Shown here piece after piece: positions 21,847 through 30,101 of a DNA stretch of 32,000 bases (within the stretch, counting starts at the first letter, position 1; every line of letters begins with the position of its first letter). The notes beneath the pieces were generated by a model. It saw only the letters and a list, made by a program, of their open reading frames with translations. It did no database searches and had not been told where the DNA came from. A program made the translations under genes and the position numbers. This stretch comes from Isorropodon fossajaponicum endosymbiont JTNG4 (GTDB lineage: Bacteria > Pseudomonadota > Gammaproteobacteria > PS1 > Pseudothioglobaceae): positions 60,001 to 92,000 of the forward strand of contig NZ_AP013043.1 in the NCBI RefSeq assembly GCF_016592615.1. The letters run 5' to 3'.

Positions 21847-21892
21847 TACTGACCTCCTTATGGTTTGTATTATAAGGCTATCTTTGTGTCCA

Positions 21893-22435
21893 ATAAAATT
21901 AGACTATTGCAGTATGGTATGTGCTATTTCAGGTTGTTGTGGGTAATTCGCTAACTTTAGAGACTCGTGAGGTGTTCTATACTCCAGCTCATTATACGGG
22001 TTTGTGGGATATGCGATTAAATCTTAGGAAATCTGAGAGTTTAATTACTAAACAACAGAAACAACAGAACAAGCAACACTCATCGATTCGTTATATTGTT
22101 GAGCGAACCTTTGGTTTGCTCAAGCTTCATCATGGTTTAGGCAAGGTAAGATACCTTGGTTTAGAAAGAAATAAAACCAGGGCTCAGTTAATTGCCATGA
22201 GTCACAACTTGAAAGACTGGCATGAATATATTCAAACGAATGCAAAGCCTGAGGGGTTGTTGTGTTTAAAGGTTGGAATGGTGTAAAAAATAAGAAAAAT
22301 AAATGCTAAAAGCATCTATTTAAAAGGTGGTTTGTTAGATTTTTATGCAAAGATGAGAAAATCTGGTAAATTTTTTAGAAAAAATAAAAAGAATGGAATT
22401 TTGGAGAGGGAATTATGAATTACGCAAAGGTCTCT
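21893..22435 (+). mobile_element. IS5-family fragment, 3' part only
   Basis: It abuts the IS3 end at 21892 and contains the transposase C-terminus below. The right boundary is guessed from the gagaggg...tctctc inverted motif at 22404-22436, so the end is very uncertain. Confidence 0.45.
21921..22286 (+). pseudogene. IS5-family transposase, C-terminal fragment
   Basis: ...SSIRYIVERTFGLLKLHHGLGKVRYLGLERNKTRAQLIAMSHNL matches the IS5-family C-terminal signature (R..VE..FG..K.....R.RGL.KN........NL, which includes the catalytic E). The N-terminal two-thirds are absent. Confidence 0.75.
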
Positions 22436-22497
22436 CTTTTAAGGTAATAAATTTTTAACGCCAGCGTCATTTTTAACCATACTACATGGCGTTATAC

Positions 22498-23061
22498 TTA
22501 GTCAACACTAGGTAGCCATTTAATTGAACAGCCCATTGAGGGTATTTGTTCTTTGGGACCTTGTCTAGTTATGGCTATTTGGCTCATTGCATCAAATAAA
22601 TCACGCTTAATATCCACCGCTGCAGACTCTTTGTGTGACGCGTCAAGCCGACCACGATATTGCAATTTTAAATCAGCATTGTAGCCAAAGAAATCAGGCG
22701 TACATACAGCACCATAGGTTTTAGCGACCTGCTGAGTTTCATCTATTAGGTAGGGAAATGGGAAGTTCATGCTTGTGGCAATTTTTTGCATATTTTCAAA
22801 AGAGTCAGCCTCATATTCATTTGGGTTGTTTGACATGATTGCAACGGCATTTACCCCTATTTTTTTGAGTGCTTTGGTGTCACGAATGATGCGATCAATA
22901 ATTGCTTTAACATAAGGGCAATGATTGCAAATGAACATCAGTAATAGGCCGTTTTCACCTTGGCAACTTTTTAAATTGTGCATTGTCCCATCAACACCTT
23001 TTAGACTAAAGTCAATTGCTGGAGTGTTAAAATCGCAAATTGGGGTTTGTGTACTAACCAT
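22498..23061 (-). CDS. Thioredoxin-fold protein, PRX-like1 type (CNHCPYV motif)
   Basis: LLLMFICNHCPYVKAII...AVAIMSNNP...FPFPYLIDETQQVAKTYGAVCTPDFF. The ATG at 23061 is preceded by aggaag; the track ORF starts at a TTG at 23088. Confidence 0.85.
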   Translation of the reverse strand: MVSTQTPICDFNTPAIDFSLKGVDGTMHNLKSCQGENGLLLMFICNHCPYVKAIIDRIIRDTKALKKIGVNAVAIMSNNPNEYEADSFENMQKIATSMNFPFPYLIDETQQVAKTYGAVCTPDFFGYNADLKLQYRGRLDASHKESAAVDIKRDLFDAMSQIAITRQGPKEQIPSMGCSIKWLPSVD

Positions 23062-23105
23062 TTTCTTCCTCTTTCTTGAAACAGACAAGACTCATTTTTA
23101 AAAGA

Positions 23106-23843
23106 TTATGATTTTAACAGAGTTTGAATAATATATCCTGCCATCATTAACCCAAAAATATTAGGCATATACGAGATTGCACCATTCACTGCTCTAGGTC
23201 TACCAGCAGGGGCGGTGTCAGTTGCGCGTACTGCTTGATGTGGTAATGCCTTAATTGGCACTTCTGTTGAATGTACCACGGGAAATTTAAGTGAAGCGTG
23301 AATACGTCTAAGTTGCTTGCGCATTTCACGTGCTAAAGCACAGTTCTGGGTTTTATCCATGCGTGAAATTTTCACTTGAGTAGGATCAAGCCTTCCGCCC
23401 GCACCCATACTTGAAATAATAGGTTTTTTGGATTGATTACAACTGTCAATAAGTATGGTTTTATAAGCAATGGCATCAATACAATCTGCAATAAAATCCA
23501 GATTGGCATCAAGTGCAATGGCGTGAGCTTTATTCTTATCTATAAATTCATGACGCTTGATGATAATAGTATCAGAGTTGATATCACGTAATCTATCAGC
23601 CAGTACATCTACTTTAGGCAGTCCAAGTGTTGAATTAAGTGCAATAATTTGACGATTAAGGTCTGTTTTTTCTACAATGTCAAAGTCAATTAGAGTTAAT
23701 GTACCCACGCCAGCTCTACAAAGTGCTTCTGCACAAACGCCACCAACGCCACCAAGACCAACAATTAAAACATGAGATTCTGCTAATCGTGCTAATCCTT
23801 GCTGACCTAATAATATTTCAGTTCGTGCACAGCTACCACTCAT
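23106..23843 (-). CDS. tcdA: tRNA threonylcarbamoyladenosine dehydratase (ThiF/E1-like, YgdL/CsdL)
   Basis: LIVGLGGVGGVCAEALCRAGVGTLTLIDFDIVEKTDLNRQ is an E1-like nucleotide-binding fold. Its size and C-terminal membrane-like tail are typical of TcdA. Confidence 0.85.
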   Translation of the reverse strand: MSGSCARTEILLGQQGLARLAESHVLIVGLGGVGGVCAEALCRAGVGTLTLIDFDIVEKTDLNRQIIALNSTLGLPKVDVLADRLRDINSDTIIIKRHEFIDKNKAHAIALDANLDFIADCIDAIAYKTILIDSCNQSKKPIISSMGAGGRLDPTQVKISRMDKTQNCALAREMRKQLRRIHASLKFPVVHSTEVPIKALPHQAVRATDTAPAGRPRAVNGAISYMPNIFGLMMAGYIIQTLLKS

Positions 23844-24517
23844 TATTGCAATCCAAATAGTAAAATGGCGTTATTATCACATTGCTTGCTCAAATTTTTT
23901 ACCGATATTTGTTTTAGTTGGGCGATTTTTTCAGCGACTAGCATTAAGTCATTCGGATTAGCGTGGTCATCTGTTTCGATTAGTAGCGATTTAAGCGCTA
24001 AGTTTCGAGCAATTCTTCTTAATTTTAGAGATTTATCATTCAGAATTTGCAACCCAAATCCTAAATAAAATTCCATACCTGCCAAGGTTTTAGCTTGCGC
24101 TTCACTACCTGAAAAGCCATGAATTTCACCTGTGACTTTTGGGTATTTTGTTAACAACAATATCACTTCCTCAGTTGCTTTTACTGCGTGGATAATCACT
24201 GGCAATTTGTAAGTTTCAGCCAATTGTAACTGGCATTCAAAAATATACAGTTGCTGACTCCTATCAATGTCTTTAGCAAAGTCTAACCCGCACTCACCAA
24301 TGGCAATAGGATTGCTACATTTAATCAAGTATTCCAAGGCGTCTAAATCTTGCTGGGTGTGCGATTCGGCCAACCAAGGATGAATGCCCAACGAAAAATA
24401 TGGATACACTTGCACCTGTTGCCAGTTTTGTTTACCTACGCTAGGCACAATTGCCACTGCATTTTCAGCGATTGTGTGGATGTGGTCAAAGTCCAAATGG
24501 GCATGTGAGTTAATCAT
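23843..24517 (-). CDS. TatD-family metal-dependent hydrolase (YjjV-like)
   Basis: MINSHAHLDFD..., GECGLDF, VIIHAV and ETDDH are TatD amidohydrolase-fold metal ligands. It overlaps tcdA by 1 nt (TAATG). Confidence 0.85.
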   Translation of the reverse strand: MINSHAHLDFDHIHTIAENAVAIVPSVGKQNWQQVQVYPYFSLGIHPWLAESHTQQDLDALEYLIKCSNPIAIGECGLDFAKDIDRSQQLYIFECQLQLAETYKLPVIIHAVKATEEVILLLTKYPKVTGEIHGFSGSEAQAKTLAGMEFYLGFGLQILNDKSLKLRRIARNLALKSLLIETDDHANPNDLMLVAEKIAQLKQISVKNLSKQCDNNAILLFGLQ

Positions 24518-24580
24518 TGGTTTGTGTCGTTATGATTTAGACAATATAATAACCATTATTTACACCCAACTTAGCTATTA

Positions 24581-26176
24581 ATGAAGTTTTTCCAAAGAGT
24601 AACGGCAACCAGTTTGGTGCTTATTGTTGCGATATTTTTGACCACAACAGGCAATTTTAAATTCTTCTCAAAGGTGATTGAGATTTATCCTTTGGTTGAT
24701 AATATCGCATTTGTGGCTTCCTTATTAATCTGGTTGCTTGTATTTTTAGTGGTAGGATTGCTCTTGGTTTGCTATCGATATAGTGCCAAGCCAATATTAA
24801 TCTTATTGCTTATTGCGTCAGCTATTGTTGCTTATTTTGCCAATAATTATAGCATCATCTTTGATGATAATATGATCGCTAATAGCTTAGAAAGCAATGT
24901 AGCAGAGTCGGTTGACTTATTTAGTTTTGAGCTAATTGCATATGTTATTTTGCTGGGGTTAATGCCTAGTTATTGGGTTTATAAGGTTCAAATTGTTAAA
25001 GAAAATTTTCTACAACAATTGTGTTCTAGATTAAAAGTGATTGTTATTTTGTTGGTTATATTTGTTCTAATAGCTTTGACGTTTTCTAAATCGTACACTT
25101 CTCTTATTCGAGAAAATAAGCAGCTGCGCTTATATATTAATCCAACTTATTATCTATATGCCATTGGTAAACACATCAATTCAAAATTTGAAACTGTCAC
25201 CATTCCTTTTAAGGTCATTGCTCAAGATGCGTTAATCAATCGAGCTAATGATAAGAAAAAGTTAATCATTGTGGTTGTTGGTGAAACAGCTAGGGCAGAT
25301 CGTTTTTCTTTGAATGGATATCAAAGAATGACCAATCCTTTGCTGGCAAATGAAAATGTGATTAGTTTAAGCCAGATGTATTCTTGCGGTACGGACACTG
25401 CCTATTCATTGCCATGTATGTTTTCAAGCTTAGGTCGAAGTGACTACACACACGTCCAAGGTAAAAACATGAGTAATGCACTTGATATTTTAAGCTGTGC
25501 AGGTGTGGAAATTTTGTGGAGGGATAATAATTCTAGCTCAAAAGGTGTGGCAGATCGTCTCACTTATCAGGATTTTAAATCAAAGCGTTTGAATACAGTC
25601 TGTAATATTGAATGCAGAGATGAAGGCATGCTGGTTGGTTTACAACAATATGTGGATACTTATTATGATAAAGACATGCTTATTGTTTTACACATGATGG
25701 GCAGCCATGGCCCAGCATATTACAAACGCTATCCTGAAAAGTTTAAAATATTTACTCCTATATGTGAAACCAATCAGTTGAACAAATGCACCAATGAGCA
25801 AATTAACAATGCATATGACAATACTATTGTTTATACGGATTATTTTTTATCCAAAACAATCAATTTTTTAAAAAACAACCAAAGTCAATTTAAAACCGCT
25901 ATGTTTTATATGAGTGATCATGGAGAATCTCTGGGTGAGAATGGACTATATCTGCACGGAATGCCCTATTTTATCGCACCTAAGGCGCAAATTCATGTTG
26001 GCTCAATTTTGTGGTTTAGTGATGAATTTTCTAAGGATATTGATACAGAATTGTTAAATAAAAAAGCAAACACCAAACTTTCTCATGATGGTATGTTTCA
26101 CACATTGTTAGGGCTGATGAATGTCGATACCCTTGTTTACAAAGAAAAGTTGGATTACATTCGTTATATCGAATGA
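24581..26176 (+). CDS. eptA: Phosphoethanolamine--lipid A transferase (EptA/MCR family)
   Basis: 531 aa with five N-terminal TM segments and a periplasmic sulfatase-type domain. VVGETARADRFSLNGY, CGTDTAYSLPCMFS, ILWRDNNSSSKGV, ECRDEGMLVGL, HMMGSHGPAYYKRYP, FTPICETNQLNKC, NAYDNT and MSDHGESLGENGLYLHGMP are collinear with MCR-1/EptA as I recall them. Confidence 0.92.
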   Translation: MKFFQRVTATSLVLIVAIFLTTTGNFKFFSKVIEIYPLVDNIAFVASLLIWLLVFLVVGLLLVCYRYSAKPILILLLIASAIVAYFANNYSIIFDDNMIANSLESNVAESVDLFSFELIAYVILLGLMPSYWVYKVQIVKENFLQQLCSRLKVIVILLVIFVLIALTFSKSYTSLIRENKQLRLYINPTYYLYAIGKHINSKFETVTIPFKVIAQDALINRANDKKKLIIVVVGETARADRFSLNGYQRMTNPLLANENVISLSQMYSCGTDTAYSLPCMFSSLGRSDYTHVQGKNMSNALDILSCAGVEILWRDNNSSSKGVADRLTYQDFKSKRLNTVCNIECRDEGMLVGLQQYVDTYYDKDMLIVLHMMGSHGPAYYKRYPEKFKIFTPICETNQLNKCTNEQINNAYDNTIVYTDYFLSKTINFLKNNQSQFKTAMFYMSDHGESLGENGLYLHGMPYFIAPKAQIHVGSILWFSDEFSKDIDTELLNKKANTKLSHDGMFHTLLGLMNVDTLVYKEKLDYIRYIE

Positions 26177-26315
26177 ATTAACGGCATTGGCTATTTTTTT
26201 TTTAAAGTGTATCGGCGATGTGATTAATTATGTTGGTAGTTGGAATATAGTTTAACATTTAAAGTTAAAAGTGATTATAATAGTTCGATTATTCTGCATG
26301 AAGATAGATTGGATT

Positions 26316-26744
26316 ATGAAAACATTTAGCGCTAAAGCGCATGAAGTTAAAAGAGATTGGTTACTCGTTGACGCTGACGGTAAAACCTTAGGTCGTTTAG
26401 CAACGCAAATTGCCTCTCGTCTTCGTGGTAAGCACAAACCTGAATACACACCACACACGGATACGGGCGATTATATTGTTATTATCAACGCCTCAAAAAT
26501 TAAGGTAACAGGTAATAAATTTGAAGACAAGATGTATCACCACCACACAGGTTATGTTGGTAACTTAAAATCAATTGCATTTAAAGATTTACAAGCCAAA
26601 AAGCCAGAGGAAATTATCAATAAAGCGGTGAAAGGCATGTTGCCAAAGGGTCCTTTAGGTAGAGACATGTTTAGAAAAATGAAAGTATTTGCAGGTAGCG
26701 AACACACACATAGTGCGCAACAACCTCAAGTTTTAGATATTTAA
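26316..26744 (+). CDS. rplM: 50S ribosomal protein L13
   Basis: [60 protein letters not shown] prefer the ATG at 26316; the track ORF begins upstream at 26271. Confidence 0.97.
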   Translation: MKTFSAKAHEVKRDWLLVDADGKTLGRLATQIASRLRGKHKPEYTPHTDTGDYIVIINASKIKVTGNKFEDKMYHHHTGYVGNLKSIAFKDLQAKKPEEIINKAVKGMLPKGPLGRDMFRKMKVFAGSEHTHSAQQPQVLDI

Positions 26745-26758
26745 GGTAAAAAAATATT

Positions 26759-27154
26759 ATGGCAAAGACAGAAACTTATTACGCAACAGGCAGAAGAAAG
26801 ACATCAGTAGCCCGTGTTTATATGACCAAAGGCAAAGGTGTTTTTACAGTTAACAGGCGCCCAATGAATGAATACTTTGGACGTGAAACCTCTTCAATGA
26901 TCATCAATCAACCATTAGATACGGTTGAAATGAGAGATAAGTTTGATTTTAATATCACGGTCAAAGGCGGTGGTGACACAGGTCAGGCCGGTGCAATTAG
27001 ACTGGGTGTGACTCGTGCATTAATGGCATATGATAATGATTTACGAGGCGAATTACGCAAAGCAGGCTTTGTAACACGTGATGCTAGAATTGTAGAGCGT
27101 AAAAAAGTCGGTCGCAAGAAAGCACGTAAGAGCGAGCAGTTCTCCAAGCGTTAA
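26759..27154 (+). CDS. rpsI: 30S ribosomal protein S9
   Basis: 131 aa with [14 protein letters not shown]...[19 protein letters not shown]...[26 protein letters not shown]. Confidence 0.97.
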   Translation: MAKTETYYATGRRKTSVARVYMTKGKGVFTVNRRPMNEYFGRETSSMIINQPLDTVEMRDKFDFNITVKGGGDTGQAGAIRLGVTRALMAYDNDLRGELRKAGFVTRDARIVERKKVGRKKARKSEQFSKR

Positions 27155-27173
27155 GTCACTTTCAAACGCTCAT

Positions 27174-27211
27174 AAAAACCTGCATTTATTTTGGATAAAT
27201 GCAGGTTTTTT
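27174..27211 (+). terminator. Rho-independent terminator of rplM-rpsI
   Basis: A perfect 16-bp stem pairs aaaaacctgcatttat with ataaatgcaggttttt, with a 5-nt loop. The T-run is part of and follows the 3' arm. Confidence 0.9.
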
Positions 27212-27256
27212 ATTGTCTATCATCAATAGTACGATTTTTTAAATTAGAAAATCGTA

Positions 27257-27980
27257 CTATTCAAGTTTATTATATTTAATAATGCTTTGCACCTGCTCAA
27301 CATAATCAAAGCCAATTCCAGAGTAACTCCCAGTCCTTCTGATAAAGCAATACCGGTAATAGGAAGGCGGTTATTACGCTTGTATTGCCTAATTTTTCTA
27401 AGTAGTGTGTAGGCAAAAAGTGTCGATTAATATTAAGCATATAATATTCTACAGATTTGGATGCTGAAGAGAACATTGCAATCTCATGTGTAGCATTCTC
27501 AGGACGTTGTTTAGACACAACGCCACAGCCAGGCTTAAAGCACCAAATGCCAAAATAGTTATGCCAGTGTTTAGAAAATCGTGAACGCTCCAGTTTGATT
27601 CTATTGCTACTTGTGCCAATATCATGGAGTTTAGGATAATGTCAATAGCATTTAATAGTGCTTTTTCAGTCGATATTTCTTTATTAATTTGTATTTTGTT
27701 GAACCGATTGTTTTTAATTAAGCACCCTTAGTAGTCTGATTTTTTTATTTTCTTTTTCAATAAAAGGAAGTAGATAATTAAAAAATGCAATTTTTCTTTG
27801 GCTAGGATTTTTAATTTGACTAAAGTCTGGTGTTTTAAAAGAATTTATCCATGATGTTAACCCTCGAAATTCATTTGCTTGAATTGGGACGGCTAAAAAC
27901 ATCATACTAATGATTAAAATTTTAAAGGTCAAAGCGCTCACTGGATGCACAAATAACCTCCATTGTAAACATTTTTTCAA
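27257..27980 (-). pseudogene. Bax-like N-acetylglucosaminidase (FlgJ/Bax family) pseudogene with multiple frameshifts
   Basis: Pieces collinear with E. coli Bax lie in four frame segments. They are: signal peptide plus TPDFSQIKNPSQRKIAFFNYLLPFIEKENKKIRLLR (27714..27980); ...NAIDIILNSMILAQVAIESNW; RSRFSKHWHNYFGIWCFKPGCGVVSKQRPENATHEIAMFSSASKSVEYYMLNINRH (includes track ORF 27306..27518); LFAYTLLRKIRQYKRNNRLPITGIALSEGL; and SYSGIGFDYVEQVQSIIKYNKLE-stop (27257). Confidence 0.8.
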
Positions 27981-28449
27981 TGGGTAGATTTAATAAATAG
28001 GATTTAATCACTCGGATAACACCAGCGTGCGCTACAATTAAAACCGATTCATTAGTATGATGAAGTTCAATGTCTTTAAAGGAGGACAAAACTCGTGCTT
28101 GAAAATCATAAAGGTTTTCTGCATTAGGTGGTCGGTGACTAATAGGGTCTAATTTAAAATTATCAACCAATGTCTGACCAATAGAATCAGTACTTTTTCC
28201 CTGCCAATCACCAAAACCAAGCTCTTTAAAGTTATTAAAAATTTTGCAATGCGTACTTTGATTGTTAGACAAATACTTAGCAAATTCAGCACAACGCATC
28301 AAGGGTGAACTGGCAATATAATCCCATGATTTCCCTTGGGAAGCGTCAAGCATTTGTTGCCAGCCTTTTTTGCTAAGAGAGTCATCTTGATTGCCACGAT
28401 AAATACGACCACCAATAGGCATGCCATGCCTAAGTAAGTCTAGTTTCAT
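27922..28449 (-). CDS. Histidine phosphatase family protein (phosphoglycerate mutase / alpha-ribazole phosphatase-like)
   Basis: It has the RHG motif (MKLDLLRHGMP), a later ...VLIVAHAGVIR (H of the catalytic core), and is 175 aa. Its start overlaps the gpsA stop by 4 nt. Confidence 0.8.
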   Translation of the reverse strand: MKLDLLRHGMPIGGRIYRGNQDDSLSKKGWQQMLDASQGKSWDYIASSPLMRCAEFAKYLSNNQSTHCKIFNNFKELGFGDWQGKSTDSIGQTLVDNFKLDPISHRPPNAENLYDFQARVLSSFKDIELHHTNESVLIVAHAGVIRVIKSYLLNLPIEKMFTMEVICASSERFDL

Positions 28450-29423
28450 TCGTTAGTTTGCTTTCTAGACATTAGATAGTTGACTGCTTCAGTAGGTGTT
28501 AGCTTGCCTTGAGTAACCTGATAAACTTGTCCACAAATTGGCATTTCCACTTGCTCTTTATTGGCAATAGATAAAATAAGCTCAAGTGTATTAAGACCTT
28601 CAACTGTACTCCCCACATTAGCTAGTGCACTTTTAATGCTATGATTAAAAGCCAATTCTTTACCAAATCTTCTGTTTCTGGATAAATCATCTGAACAAGT
28701 CAGCACTAAATCTCCCAAACCAGACAAGCCAACAAAGGTAGAATTTTTTGCACCAAGGCTTATCCCTAGGCATGACATCTCTGCTAGACCCCTAGTAATC
28801 AATGCTGCTTGGGTGTTAATACCATAACCTAATCCTGCAGCGATACCCGCAGCGATGGCTAAGATATTTTTAACTGACCCACCAATCTCCACACCGACAA
28901 TATCAGCATTGGTATAAGCACGCAGGGTGTTTGTTTGTATTAATTTCGCAAAGTGATTTCTGGTGTTTTTATCAACGGATGCCACGACTAATGCAGTAGG
29001 TTTATTCGTTGCCACCTCAAAGGCAAAGCTTGGTCCAGAGATAACACAGCCATTGCGATTGGGGAATATACGCTCAAAACTTTCATATAAAAAACATCTC
29101 TTGGTGGTATCAAAACCTTTAGTACCCCAAGCAATTTGATGAGCGTCATTAATGAGTGGTTTTATTTTTTCTAATACCTCAGAAAATGCATAACTAGGTG
29201 TAACAATTAGTATATCTTTGACGTCTTGTAATTTAGAAAAATCACAGGTAATTTTTATATTATTAGGATAGGGTGTGGGCAGTGCAGGATGTTTTGGTTT
29301 TAATGCTTTGACTTCGTTTTGAGTGTGGGCGTGTAGATAAATTGTATCAAAATTATCATAAAGGGCAATGGCTAGAGCACTTCCCCAAGCGCCAGCACCA
29401 ATAATACTGAGGTTTTTACTCAT
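28446..29423 (-). CDS. gpsA: NAD(P)H-dependent glycerol-3-phosphate dehydrogenase
   Basis: IIGAGAWGSALAIAL Rossmann motif, GPSFAFEVA, GGSVKNILAIAAG and SRNRRFG. Confidence 0.96.
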   Translation of the reverse strand: MSKNLSIIGAGAWGSALAIALYDNFDTIYLHAHTQNEVKALKPKHPALPTPYPNNIKITCDFSKLQDVKDILIVTPSYAFSEVLEKIKPLINDAHQIAWGTKGFDTTKRCFLYESFERIFPNRNGCVISGPSFAFEVATNKPTALVVASVDKNTRNHFAKLIQTNTLRAYTNADIVGVEIGGSVKNILAIAAGIAAGLGYGINTQAALITRGLAEMSCLGISLGAKNSTFVGLSGLGDLVLTCSDDLSRNRRFGKELAFNHSIKSALANVGSTVEGLNTLELILSIANKEQVEMPICGQVYQVTQGKLTPTEAVNYLMSRKQTNE

Positions 29424-29672
29424 AGCTGATTTAGAATTCCATCTAATTTTCCAGATTGCTCTGCAGCTGATAAATCATCAAATCCACCTATATGAACCAT
29501 TAATAAACACTTGTGGCACGGTTTCTCTACCTGTCTTTTCCTTGGCTTCATTCCAGTCGCCTTGGTTTTTAACGTGGTATTTTTTGAAAGGAATACCACT
29601 TTTTTCAAGTAATTGATAGGCTCTTTGGCAAAAAAGACAAGAATCTGAGCAATAAATAATATTTTTTTCCAT
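29420..29672 (-). pseudogene. grxC: Glutaredoxin 3-type gene with a frameshift and an atypical CLFC active site
   Basis: MEKNIIYCSDSCLFCQRAYQLLEKSGIPFKKYHVKNQGDWNEAKEKTGRETVPQVFING, then the frame breaks at about 29490-29500. HIGGFDDLSAAEQSGKLDGILNQL continues in a second frame (track ORF 29420..29608) and ends overlapping the gpsA ATG. Confidence 0.8.
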
Positions 29673-29678
29673 AACTAA

Positions 29679-30098
29679 TTAAGTTTTAATGGGTAGTTTG
29701 GCTTTTTTCCATGCCTGGAAACCACCTTTTAAACTGTACACATTTTCAAACTCATTACGTGTTAATAATCCAGCAATATGTGCTGAACGAGAGCCGTTAC
29801 GACAATATACCAGTACCTTTTTACGCTTATCCAATGAAGACAATTTATTCTTAACACTGGCAAGTGGGATGTGAATATCACCAGCAATATACCCCGCCTT
29901 TCTCTCCTTTTCCTCCCTAACATCTAATAGGATAAGGTCGTTACCATCCATGAGTGTGACTGCCCCATTGGCATCAATATCTTCATATTTTTTTAATTTA
30001 TCAACAACAATATTGCCAACAAGCAAAGCAATTAATAATATGAGTGTGATGGTTGTAAACATTTGTTCATCAACAAATAAAAATTCAAGTATTTCCAT
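29679..30098 (-). CDS. yibN: Membrane-anchored rhodanese-domain protein (YibN-like)
   Basis: It has an N-terminal TM segment and a rhodanese domain with active-site loop CRNGSRS. It sits upstream of grxC as in the E. coli yibN-grxC-secB-gpsA cluster. Confidence 0.85.
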   Translation of the reverse strand: MEILEFLFVDEQMFTTITLILLIALLVGNIVVDKLKKYEDIDANGAVTLMDGNDLILLDVREEKERKAGYIAGDIHIPLASVKNKLSSLDKRKKVLVYCRNGSRSAHIAGLLTRNEFENVYSLKGGFQAWKKAKLPIKT

Positions 30099-30101
30099 GG
30101 T

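Larger units (their letters stand above)
20631..21892 (-). mobile_element. Full-length IS3-family insertion sequence (about 1.26 kb), inactivated by point lesions
   Basis: The terminal inverted repeats share TGGACACA (20631-20638) with its reverse complement tgtgtcca (21885-21892), a TG...CA terminus. OrfA, a slippery site and OrfB with the DDE triad are all present. I could not identify a target-site duplication. Confidence 0.85.

Noticed and set aside
22036-22062. Short tandem duplication aaacaacag-aaacaacag inside the IS5 fragment
   Set aside because: There are only two copies, inside a Gln/Lys-rich coding remnant. It is not a CRISPR or a VNTR-like array.
22404-22493. Inverted repeats gagag...ctctc (22404-22436) and aacgcca...tggcgtt (22458-22493) downstream of the PRX-like gene
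   Set aside because: The stems are short with loops of about 22 nt and no flanking U-run, so they are not credible terminators. The first may be the IS5 terminal repeat, but I cannot verify that without a reference copy.
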